Shown: one piece after another, positions 8,776 through 17,983 of the stretch
Numbering within the stretch: the stretch's first letter is position 1
How the letters are laid out: each line of letters begins with the position of its first letter
Source: an uncultured Mucispirillum sp.
GTDB lineage: Bacteria; Chrysiogenota; Deferribacteres; Deferribacterales; Mucispirillaceae
Assembly: GCA_944323205.1 (NCBI GenBank)
Contig: CALURO010000008.1
Coordinates: forward strand, 42,660-106,659
DNA length: 64,000 nucleotides
Reading direction: 5' to 3'
Position numbers and translations under genes: made by a program
Notes under the pieces: model-generated
What the model saw: the letters and a program-made list of their open reading frames with translations, nothing else
What the model was told of the DNA's origin: nothing
Databases searched by the model: none

Positions 8776-11700
8776 ATGAAAAATAATAACTTATCTGAAG
8801 GCATATATGAGGAGCTAATAAATAATCAGTTAAGTAAAATATTAGAAACGAAAACTGATTATATAGTAGAAATAGAAGATATTGACCGTGAAGAAAGTTC
8901 ACTTATTTTATCAAATTATATTGGTCACCTTATTCGTGAAGGATTGCAATATATCCATAAAAGTGATGAAAAAGACAATATAAATAAAAAAGTAGAAATA
9001 ATAAATAAAATTATCAATATATTAGTAGAAAATACTGATGAAGAATATAGTTCATCTATTATTCCAGTGCCTGCACAACAATTACTGTCACTATATAAAA
9101 AAGAAAATAATATAATTTCTATAAATGATAAAATAAAAGTAGAGCGTCCAGTAACTTCTCTATGTCAAAGTTCTCTTTTTACTGGTGCAAAACATGAGCC
9201 GCAATTATTAAATGAAATAAAAAAAGAAATATCTACTTGTCATCAAATTGATATGTTAATTTCTTTTATTAAATATAGTGGTCTAACACTAATGCTTGAT
9301 AAATTAACTGAGTTTACAAATAACGGTGGTAGATTAAGAATTATTACAACTACATATATGAAAGCTACCGATATAAAAGCCATAAATGTATTAAAAACCT
9401 TAAAAAATACAGAAATTAAAATAAATTATAATACTAAATCAACAAGATTACATGCAAAAGCATATATTTTCCATAGAAATACAGATTTCTCTACAGCATA
9501 TGTTGGCTCATCAAATATTTCTGCCCCTGCTATGACAACAGGAACTGAGTGGAATATAAAGATTACTCAAAAAGATATGAGTGATACTTTTGATAAAATG
9601 AAAGCTACTTTTGAAACATATTGGAATGATAAAGAATTTATAGATTATGATGATACTCAAGAAGAAAAATTAGCGGAAGCACTAGATAAGAATATAGATA
9701 ATTTTAATAATTTTTTTGTAGATATTAGACCATACGGATTTCAACAAGAAATATTAGATGCATTACAAGCTGATAGAGAAATAAGAAATCAATATAAAAA
9801 TTTAGTAATTGCAGCAACTGGAACAGGGAAAACGATAATTTCTGCCCTTGATTATAAAAGGTTTTGTGCAAATAACCCACAAAGTGAATGTAGACTTCTT
9901 TTTATTGTACACAGAAAAGAAATTTTAGAGCAAAGTATAGCAACATATCGTGCTGTGTTAAGAGATAATAATTTTGGTGAACTTTATGTAGATGGGAAAA
10001 AACCTACTCAATTAAATTACTTATTTGCATCAATACAGACATTTAATTCTCAAGAGTTAACTAAAAAGACCAGTAAAGATTTTTATGATTATATAGTAAT
10101 AGATGAAACTCACCATGCAAGTGCTGACACATATCAAAAATTATTAGAATATTATGAGCCAAAAATACTTCTTGGTTTAACAGCCACTCCAGAGCGTGCA
10201 GACGGTAAAGATATTTTTAAATATTTTAATCATAGGATAAGTGCAGAAATTAGACTACCAGAAGCTATAGAAAGGGGATTATTATGTCCATTCCATTATT
10301 TTGGTGTCTCTGATAGTATAGATTATAGTGGTATTACTTGGGAACGTGGTAAATATAAAGAAAGTGAGTTAAATGATGTATTTACTATTGATGAAGCATT
10401 TGCAAAAACAAGGGTTAATACTATATTACAGGCTATAGATAAATATATTACAGATATAGATGAAATAAAAGGTGTTGGATTTTGTGTTTCAAAAGAGCAT
10501 GCAATTTATATGAGTAAACAGTTTAATAGTAGAGGCATTAACTCTATTGCATTAACTGCTGATAGTGAAAGTAGTTTACGAAGTGATGCTCGAAGTAAAC
10601 TAAAAAAGGGTGAATATAAATTTATTTTTGTAGTTGATATATATAATGAGGGCGTAGATATTCCAGAAATTAATACAGTGCTTTTTTTAAGACCTACAGA
10701 ATCTCTTACTATATTTTTACAACAATTAGGGAGGGGCTTAAGAAATGCGGATAATAAAGAATTTTTAACAGTGTTAGATTTTATTGGGCATGCACATAAA
10801 AAATATAATTTTGAAGAAAAATTTACTTCTCTTTTACACAAATCAAGACAAAAAATGGAAAATGAATTAAATAAAGGTTTTATATCTCTTCCTAAAGGCT
10901 GTTATATTACATTAGAGAAAAAAGCATCAGAATATATATTAGAAAATATAAAAGGGTATTTTAATAAAAATAATATTCATATAGAAAGATTAAAAACATT
11001 TAAAGAAGATTTTGGTCTTGAACCTACTTTAAAAAATTATCTTGAAAAATATAATCTTGAAGCTGGTAGTATTTATAAAACATTTTCATTTAACCAATTA
11101 TTATTGAAAGCAGGATTAAGAGAAGAATATAATGAGCCACTTTATGAAAATGCATATAAAATACTTGGTAAAATATCTCAAATTAATTCTATAAGATTTA
11201 TTGATTTTATAATTAATATTTTAAATAATAATATTAATATTACAAATGATTTAGAAAAAAGAATGTTGCAAATGTTCCAGTTTACTATAGATAATAATAT
11301 ATCAAAAGATATAACTTTTAATGAAATATTAAATAATGTAAAATTATTTAAAGAAAATAAAATATTATGTTCAGAAATTATTGAGCTATTAGAATACAAT
11401 AAATCAAAAATTGATTTTATAGATAAAAAAATTGATTTAGGTTTTGATTGTCCATTAGATGTTTATTGCAATTACAGTAAAGACCAAATTCTAACAGCTT
11501 GTGATTTTTTAAGTGTAGGAAGTGTACGTGAAGGTGTAAAATATATTGAAAAGAAAAAAATAGATATATTATTTGTAACATTAAATAAATCTGATAAAGA
11601 TTATTCACCAACTACAATGTATAAAGATTATTCATTAAATGAAAAACTTTTCCACTGGCAAAGTCAAAACCAAACAGCAGAAAATAGCACAGTAGGGCAA

Positions 11701-11916
11701 AGATATATTCGCCATAAAGAAACAGATAATAAAATATTACTTTTTGTAAGAGATGAAAAGAAAAATAAATATGGAGAAACAGCAATATATACTTTTTTAG
11801 GCACAGCAAATTATAAATCACATGAAGGTAGTAAACCGATGAGTATAATATGGGAACTTGATTTTCCAATACCTGCAAAATATATAAAAGAAACTCAAAA
11901 AATGGTTGCTATATAG
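8776..11916 (+). CDS. PLD nuclease-SF2 helicase-DUF3427 protein (SauUSI-like candidate modification-dependent restriction enzyme)
   Basis: LHAKAY..AYVGSSN PLD motif; AATGTGKT; IDETHH; GLTATPER; EGVDIP; QQLGRGLR; C-terminal YKDYSLNEKLFHWQSQ. Confidence 0.85.
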   Translation: MKNNNLSEGIYEELINNQLSKILETKTDYIVEIEDIDREESSLILSNYIGHLIREGLQYIHKSDEKDNINKKVEIINKIINILVENTDEEYSSSIIPVPAQQLLSLYKKENNIISINDKIKVERPVTSLCQSSLFTGAKHEPQLLNEIKKEISTCHQIDMLISFIKYSGLTLMLDKLTEFTNNGGRLRIITTTYMKATDIKAINVLKTLKNTEIKINYNTKSTRLHAKAYIFHRNTDFSTAYVGSSNISAPAMTTGTEWNIKITQKDMSDTFDKMKATFETYWNDKEFIDYDDTQEEKLAEALDKNIDNFNNFFVDIRPYGFQQEILDALQADREIRNQYKNLVIAATGTGKTIISALDYKRFCANNPQSECRLLFIVHRKEILEQSIATYRAVLRDNNFGELYVDGKKPTQLNYLFASIQTFNSQELTKKTSKDFYDYIVIDETHHASADTYQKLLEYYEPKILLGLTATPERADGKDIFKYFNHRISAEIRLPEAIERGLLCPFHYFGVSDSIDYSGITWERGKYKESELNDVFTIDEAFAKTRVNTILQAIDKYITDIDEIKGVGFCVSKEHAIYMSKQFNSRGINSIALTADSESSLRSDARSKLKKGEYKFIFVVDIYNEGVDIPEINTVLFLRPTESLTIFLQQLGRGLRNADNKEFLTVLDFIGHAHKKYNFEEKFTSLLHKSRQKMENELNKGFISLPKGCYITLEKKASEYILENIKGYFNKNNIHIERLKTFKEDFGLEPTLKNYLEKYNLEAGSIYKTFSFNQLLLKAGLREEYNEPLYENAYKILGKISQINSIRFIDFIINILNNNINITNDLEKRMLQMFQFTIDNNISKDITFNEILNNVKLFKENKILCSEIIELLEYNKSKIDFIDKKIDLGFDCPLDVYCNYSKDQILTACDFLSVGSVREGVKYIEKKKIDILFVTLNKSDKDYSPTTMYKDYSLNEKLFHWQSQNQTAENSTVGQRYIRHKETDNKILLFVRDEKKNKYGETAIYTFLGTANYKSHEGSKPMSIIWELDFPIPAKYIKETQKMVAI

Positions 11917-11931
11917 TAATGCTTTATTTCT

Positions 11932-12044
11932 GGCACTGTAAAAAATTTTGTGTAATCAAAAAAACTATGTGATAAAAAAGCATAAGGAGAGTTACATGAA
12001 ATTTGAAGAACAGTTAAAACAATTTAAAGAAAGTCTAAATTTTC
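11932..12044 (+). mobile_element. Left end and first codons of an IS256-family element, interrupted by a second IS remnant
   Basis: GGCACTGTAAAAAATTTTGTGTAA end-like sequence, AAGGAG RBS, ATG at 11996 reading MKFEEQLKQFKESLNF up to the next IS end. Confidence 0.5.
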
Positions 12045-12662
12045 GAGCCTGTGAAAAAAAGTCTGTAAATTCAGTTTTCTATGATTATATTTTTACATAT
12101 CCTGCTCTATGAATACCAGAATAAAGTTATTCAGTCAAGAGCAGGTTTATTTTTCACATTTTTATATCCTATTCAGGCAGCCGTCCTTCATACATAATGC
12201 TTAATTCCCCATAAACTTGAGCCCAGTTCCTAATAGTACCAGTCCATTTTTTAGCTGCTTCAAATGTTGCCAAATAAAGAGCCTTTAAAAGTGCTGTATC
12301 ACTTGGAAATACACTCCGTTGACTGTTTAATTTACGATAGACAGAATTTAATGATTCTATTGTATTTGTTGTATATATGACTTTCCTAACTGACATAGAG
12401 AATTTTTAAATATAGGGAAAATACAATCCCAGTTTTCTTTCCACCGCTTCATAGTATTAGGGTATAACTGGAACGCTCTAATTTGCTGTAACCTAAATGG
12501 GTATCTATTTCTGTTTCCATCATCTCTTTAATGGTGCCACCTAACAGGTCTTTTAAGGCTTCTTGAATATCATTAGCTGATTTAATATCATATTCTGATA
12601 ATAAATTCGATATTATTTGACGCTTACCCTCCGTCATTTTACAGACTTTTTTTCACAGGCTC
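12045..12662 (-). mobile_element. Internally deleted IS256-family element, copy 1
   Basis: Perfect 25-bp terminal IR GAGCCTGTGAAAAAAAGTCTGTAAA; transposase N-fragment (DIQEALKDLLGGTIKEMM) and C-fragment (RKVIYTTNTIESLN). Confidence 0.9.
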
Positions 12663-12739
12663 GCTTAACTGTTGCAATCGTTTTTAGAATTTACTCTTAC
12701 AGGATAGACTAAAAATCTGCATTTTTTTAAAATATTTAC

Positions 12740-12769
12740 TTGACAAACTAACTTATTTCTGGTTATAAA
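12740..12769 (+). promoter_or_regulatory. Sigma70-type promoter of tRNA-Arg
   Basis: TTGACA-N18-TATAAA ending 13 bp upstream of the tRNA. Confidence 0.6.
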
Positions 12770-12782
12770 TACAGTCTAATAT

Positions 12783-12856
<74 letters not shown>

Positions 12857-12861
12857 CTTTT

Positions 12862-12891
12862 AAAAAGCCTGCTTATATAAGCAGGTTTTTT
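12862..12891 (+). terminator. Intrinsic terminator after tRNA-Arg
   Basis: CCTGCTTA-TA-TAAGCAGG followed by a T run. Confidence 0.8.
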
Positions 12892-12981
12892 ATTTTTATC
12901 TTTCTGCACTTTTTTAATATCATCAGATTATTACGTCATCTATTGTCGCGCTGATACTGCATTATGTGTTAATATGTATAA

Positions 12982-13009
12982 TTGACAATACAAAAGAATA
13001 CTGTATAAT
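12982..13009 (+). promoter_or_regulatory. Near-consensus sigma70 promoter of the DUF262 pair
   Basis: TTGACA-N16-TATAAT, with AAGGAG RBS before the ATG at 13036. Confidence 0.7.
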
Positions 13010-13035
13010 AAATATATTCTACAAAAGGAGAAGAT

Positions 13036-14985
13036 ATGGGAGAAACATATTCTGAAAATAACAACATATTAGAGTTAAAATCTATTTCTAATATACATAA
13101 TGAAAAATTTATTATTCCCTCTTTCCAGCGTGGTTACAGGTGGGAACCTGTTCAGGTAATTACACTTCTTGAAGATATAAAAGAATATATTGAAAAAAAA
13201 TTAGATACTTTTATGTGCCTGCAGCCAGTTGTATTTTATAAAAAAAATAATAACGATAATAAATTAGAAGAATTAGTTGTTGTAGATGGGCAGCAAAGAC
13301 TTACTACTATTGCTGTAATTAGTAGATGCTTAGGACTTGATAATATAAATATAGAATATAATAAAAATAATAAGGCATTGCAGGATATACTAAATAATGT
13401 AGAAAGCTATCTTAACACAAATAAGATGGATATAAATAACTTATTTAATGACGATAATAAATTATTATTTGAAAAAACTAGTGAAATATATAAAAAGATT
13501 TATCTATCTGCCAGAAACAATTCTGATAAAGTTAATTTATTAGATGAATATTATATTATTTTATCATATTTAACCATTAAATGCTGGCTGGAAAATGAGA
13601 AAAATATAGAAGAAAGTATTAAAAGTATTAAAAATCTTTTCACATCTGATAAAGATAATTTTTCTATTAAATTTATATGGTATGATGTAACTGGGGAAAT
13701 TAATGGTAAAGAAACAAAAGCCATAAATATTTTTACAAGATTAAATATTGGAAAAATAGAACTTACAGATGCGGAACTAATCAAAGCGTTATTTTTGAAA
13801 AAAGATAATTTTAAAGATAGTGAATTAGATAAAAAACTTCATATTGCATATAAATGGGACGAAATAGAAAAAACCTTAAATAATGACAGTTTTTGGTATT
13901 TTTTAAGCAATGATAAAGATAAACCAAAAAAAGATAGAATAGAGCTGGTACTAGAACTTGCAGCAAATATAAAAAATGATGAACAGCATAACCTGTTTAG
14001 AAATTATGAAAATAAATTAAAAAATAAAAATGAACTTGATAAGCACTGGCAGGCTGTTGAAGAATGCTTTATGACATTAAAAGAATGGTATAATGATAAT
14101 GAAATGTATCACTATATAGGCTTTTTATTAAATAATAAACTTGAATCATTAGAAAATATATATACAAATATATATACAAATAAACTTGAATCATTAGATA
14201 ATATATATAAACGTGATATTATTAAAAATAAAGTAATAGAAAAAATTAAAACAAAAATAAATGTAGACGAAGTAAAGAATTATACATATTATAATAATGA
14301 AGAAGAAATAAAATTAATCTTATTTTTTTCAAATATTTATGAAACAATTCATTCTAATCAAGCACGCAACAAAAAAGGTTCTGTAACTGAAACAATAACA
14401 AATAGATTTCCTTTTGATTTATATATTAAAGAGGATTTTGATGTAGAACATATAGCACCACAAACAGAAAATCCATTAAATAATAAAGAAGACCGTATTA
14501 AATGGTTTAAAGACTCTTATGAATATCTAGAAAAAATAGATTTTAGTAAGATAAATGATGATGAAATAAAAAATAATTTAACAGAAGAAAATATTAAAAA
14601 AATAATTGAAAATGAAGATAACAAGAATATAAATAATATTATTTTTAATAGTGAAAAATGGAATATTATATATAACTATATACTTGAAACTGCAATAGAA
14701 AAAGGTAAAAATATTAATTTAGAAGATGAAGAACATTGTTTAGGCAATCTTGTTTTACTGCCAAGAGATATTAATCGTGCGTATAAAAATGCGCTTTTTG
14801 GTATAAAAAGAAAATATATTATAGATAAGGAAACAGAAAAATATAGATTTATCCCTGTTGTTACAAGGCATGCATTTCTAAAATATTATAGTAAAAATAT
14901 TATAGATTTATGGACACAAGAAGATGCAGAACAATTTAAAAAAACAATCATTAATAACTTAAAAGAATTTTTAGGAATTAATTAG
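13036..14985 (+). CDS. DUF262 + DUF1524/HNH protein (GmrSD-like)
   Basis: IPSFQRGYRW, VVDGQQRLTT, FTRLN; C-terminal DVEHIAPQ...LGNLVLLPRDINRAYKN. Confidence 0.85.
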   Translation: MGETYSENNNILELKSISNIHNEKFIIPSFQRGYRWEPVQVITLLEDIKEYIEKKLDTFMCLQPVVFYKKNNNDNKLEELVVVDGQQRLTTIAVISRCLGLDNINIEYNKNNKALQDILNNVESYLNTNKMDINNLFNDDNKLLFEKTSEIYKKIYLSARNNSDKVNLLDEYYIILSYLTIKCWLENEKNIEESIKSIKNLFTSDKDNFSIKFIWYDVTGEINGKETKAINIFTRLNIGKIELTDAELIKALFLKKDNFKDSELDKKLHIAYKWDEIEKTLNNDSFWYFLSNDKDKPKKDRIELVLELAANIKNDEQHNLFRNYENKLKNKNELDKHWQAVEECFMTLKEWYNDNEMYHYIGFLLNNKLESLENIYTNIYTNKLESLDNIYKRDIIKNKVIEKIKTKINVDEVKNYTYYNNEEEIKLILFFSNIYETIHSNQARNKKGSVTETITNRFPFDLYIKEDFDVEHIAPQTENPLNNKEDRIKWFKDSYEYLEKIDFSKINDDEIKNNLTEENIKKIIENEDNKNINNIIFNSEKWNIIYNYILETAIEKGKNINLEDEEHCLGNLVLLPRDINRAYKNALFGIKRKYIIDKETEKYRFIPVVTRHAFLKYYSKNIIDLWTQEDAEQFKKTIINNLKEFLGIN

Positions 14986-14996
14986 GAAGCGCAATT

Positions 14997-17294
14997 ATGA
15001 ATATAAATAATATAAAAGATAATAAGGTAATTATAAAAACATCTAATATATCACAAATAAAAATTCCTATGATACAGCGTGATTATGTGCAAAGCTTAGA
15101 CGATAAAAAATTTAAAAAATTTCTTAATGTTTTAGTTGATGCATTAAATAATGGTACGGAGCTTTCTCTTGATTTTATATATGGCAATATTAATGAAGAT
15201 GGCGTATTTGAACCAATAGATGGGCAGCAAAGATTAACTACTCTTGCTTTATTAACCGTTTATCTGTATTGCAGACAAAGTGAAAATATTTTACAAAACC
15301 CATTTGAATATATAACTTATGCTACAAGACAAAGTGCAAATAATTTCTGCCAGCTTTTAAGAGGTGATAAGTGGAAAAATAAATTTAATGATACTGATAA
15401 TCCATCAAATATAATAAAAAATGACATAAAATATTTTAAAGAATATGATGAAGATACAACTATTTTTGCAATGTTACAAGCATTAGATAAAATCCATAAC
15501 AGTATAAAAAACCAAGATATAGATAGTTTAACAAAAAATATTAGCAATATATCTTTCCATATTTTTCCAATGGAAAGCTTTAATTTATCAGATGATTTAT
15601 ATATAAAAATGAATGGTCGTGGCAAACAGCTTTCAAGTTTTGATAACTTTAAAGCAGATTATTTTAAATGGTTAGAAGAAAATGAAAAAAATATAGCTGA
15701 AGATATAATAGATATAAAAAATAACTTTAATAATAAATATATTGATATCTTTTGGGATTTTACATTTGAAAATAACAATAAAATACCTGACCCTGAAAGC
15801 TTATTTTTTAGGTTTATAAATAGGTTTATTATAGCTAAAAATGATTTATCACAAAACATTATATCTGATAATTTTATTAATGACTCTGAAGACATGAACT
15901 ATATATATAATTCATTTGAAATTTATAAAATAACTTTTCAAAATCATCATAAAGCTTTCATTACTCTTTTAGAGAATCTAACTAAAATTAGCAATATAAA
16001 TGATTATTTTCAACATAATATAGAAAATTATGAAGAAAATACATCTGTGAAATTTAATATATCTGATAAATTAACTTTTAAAACCAGATTTGCATATAAT
16101 TATATAATGAGATTTTTTGAAGAAACAAATTGTACTGAAAAAGTTGATGAAGCTAAAAAATATGCTAGAATTATCTGGAACATTACTGAACAATATTTTA
16201 CTCTAAATGAAGTTAATAAAAATAGTTATATTACAGCTGTTAATGGTATGATACAAGTTGATAATATAAAGTGGGATAATATTTATCATTCATTTCATAA
16301 ATTAGAAATTAAAGAATGCAAAACACATATGCAAAGAATACTTTGTGATGAAATAAAAAAATGCTCTTATATCATAGAAGAACCTGAATTAGAAGAAAAA
16401 TTTAAGACTCTGGAACAACTTCCTTATTTAAATGGTGCTATTGGATTCCTGCTGGGTAAAGATAAAGATGATTTTAATAAAATATATGATACTGCTTTAA
16501 ATGTATTTAGTGAAAATAAACAACACGTATTCAATATATATAATAATAATTATTTACTTAATAGAGCTGTAGTTAAAAAATTATTTGAAGATTCTAGAGA
16601 AAATGATATATTATTCAACCCATTTAATAATAAATTTTTAAAAGAATACTTAATCAGCAGTGAAAATATTCGCGATATTACTCAAAATATTTTATTAAAT
16701 CATAACTCATATCTAATTAATGATAATGAATATACAGATTTTATCTCTAAATATCATAATGATAATGATACTATTACTAAACACATATGTTTATCTGAAA
16801 TATCTGCATTAATTCACTGTAAAATACAAGATAATTATCTAATTAACAAGTATTTTATATTTAAATATAATAATAATATTTACCTGTGTGAAATTAAGTA
16901 TAAAAAATATCAAAATAATTCATCAGATAAAAAAAAATCATCTTTAATCATTGATAATCAAATATGTAAATTATTATATAATATTAAAACATTATTAGAC
17001 AAGAATAAGTCAAATAATGTAGTAGTGTATGAGCCTTTTAATAAAATAGATATTATAGAAAATGAAATATATGGATTTAATAATGTAGCTAGAACCAGGT
17101 ATGATATAAATATAAACTTTAATATAGGCTCTATTAAATATCAATTTTGGATTTCAGGAGATATAATGGCTATAGAAAAATTTGAAAACGATACTTATAA
17201 TTCTATTGAAGTAAAGTCTAATATTAAATATAGTGATATGGAAGATTATAGTAAAAACATGATAAAGCTTATTGAAGAACTTATTGATTCATAA
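14997..17294 (+). CDS. Second DUF262 protein with an unassigned C-terminal half
   Basis: IPMIQRDYVQ, IDGQQRLTTL, YIKMNGRGKQLSSFDNFKA; no EH.PQ motif seen. Confidence 0.8.
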   Translation: MNINNIKDNKVIIKTSNISQIKIPMIQRDYVQSLDDKKFKKFLNVLVDALNNGTELSLDFIYGNINEDGVFEPIDGQQRLTTLALLTVYLYCRQSENILQNPFEYITYATRQSANNFCQLLRGDKWKNKFNDTDNPSNIIKNDIKYFKEYDEDTTIFAMLQALDKIHNSIKNQDIDSLTKNISNISFHIFPMESFNLSDDLYIKMNGRGKQLSSFDNFKADYFKWLEENEKNIAEDIIDIKNNFNNKYIDIFWDFTFENNNKIPDPESLFFRFINRFIIAKNDLSQNIISDNFINDSEDMNYIYNSFEIYKITFQNHHKAFITLLENLTKISNINDYFQHNIENYEENTSVKFNISDKLTFKTRFAYNYIMRFFEETNCTEKVDEAKKYARIIWNITEQYFTLNEVNKNSYITAVNGMIQVDNIKWDNIYHSFHKLEIKECKTHMQRILCDEIKKCSYIIEEPELEEKFKTLEQLPYLNGAIGFLLGKDKDDFNKIYDTALNVFSENKQHVFNIYNNNYLLNRAVVKKLFEDSRENDILFNPFNNKFLKEYLISSENIRDITQNILLNHNSYLINDNEYTDFISKYHNDNDTITKHICLSEISALIHCKIQDNYLINKYFIFKYNNNIYLCEIKYKKYQNNSSDKKKSSLIIDNQICKLLYNIKTLLDKNKSNNVVVYEPFNKIDIIENEIYGFNNVARTRYDININFNIGSIKYQFWISGDIMAIEKFENDTYNSIEVKSNIKYSDMEDYSKNMIKLIEELIDS

Positions 17295-17320
17295 TCATAT
17301 TATCTGTTCAACTTTCACTT

Positions 17321-17337
17321 TTGGCACTATATTTGCT
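17321..17337 (+). promoter_or_regulatory. Sigma54 (-24/-12) promoter candidate
   Basis: TTGGCACTATATTTGCT matches TGGCAC-N5-TTGC, 50 bp upstream of the ATG at 17387. Confidence 0.7.
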
Positions 17338-17386
17338 TCTTAACTAATAATCATAAAAATGTTTTGTTAGTAGTTGGGAGGCAGAT

Positions 17387-17959
17387 ATGGCAGCATTTAT
17401 ATCAATTTTTCTTGCATTTGTTGCAGCACTTGTTAGTGCATTTGCTCTATATACCGTTAAAAATTCCAAAGAAACTGGTGATAATCACTTAGATGAGATT
17501 ATGCGATTAAAACAGCAGATAAATGAAACTAACGACAGGCTGGCACAGCTGAAACATGACCATAATATGTTACAAGACCAGTTTAAAAAATTACAGGAAA
17601 TATCTATTAATAATGATATGCAGGTGCTTTTAAATACTGCAATTAAAGATTATAATGATATTGCAAGTGTTACTCCAGAAGAAGGCAGCATAGGAAAACA
17701 TGAAAAAGCTAGAAAACAGGCAGCTGAAAAAGTATTACAGGCATGTAATGAAGTATGCCAGCGATTTATAGCAGAAGATTTAAGCCACAATACTTTTGCT
17801 TCTGTTTATAAATCACAGCTGCAGGATATACTAAACAGCGATGATTTAAAGGAAATATATTCCAGTCTTAAAAGCAGGTACCCGTATATTGAACGGGTAC
17901 TACTTGCTCCACTTGATGAAAGTATCACTCCAAACTTTGACCAGATTTCTGCAAACTAA
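17387..17959 (+). CDS. Hypothetical membrane-anchored coiled-coil protein
   Basis: N-terminal hydrophobic helix, heptad-rich segment, GGGAGG RBS. Confidence 0.75.
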   Translation: MAAFISIFLAFVAALVSAFALYTVKNSKETGDNHLDEIMRLKQQINETNDRLAQLKHDHNMLQDQFKKLQEISINNDMQVLLNTAIKDYNDIASVTPEEGSIGKHEKARKQAAEKVLQACNEVCQRFIAEDLSHNTFASVYKSQLQDILNSDDLKEIYSSLKSRYPYIERVLLAPLDESITPNFDQISAN

Positions 17960-17983
17960 TCTTTTACAATTATAATATCTCTA

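Noticed and set aside
12169-12637. Functional small proteins from the 75-aa and 62-aa ORFs (also 26862..27378)
   Set aside because: They are transposase fragments lacking the central catalytic region
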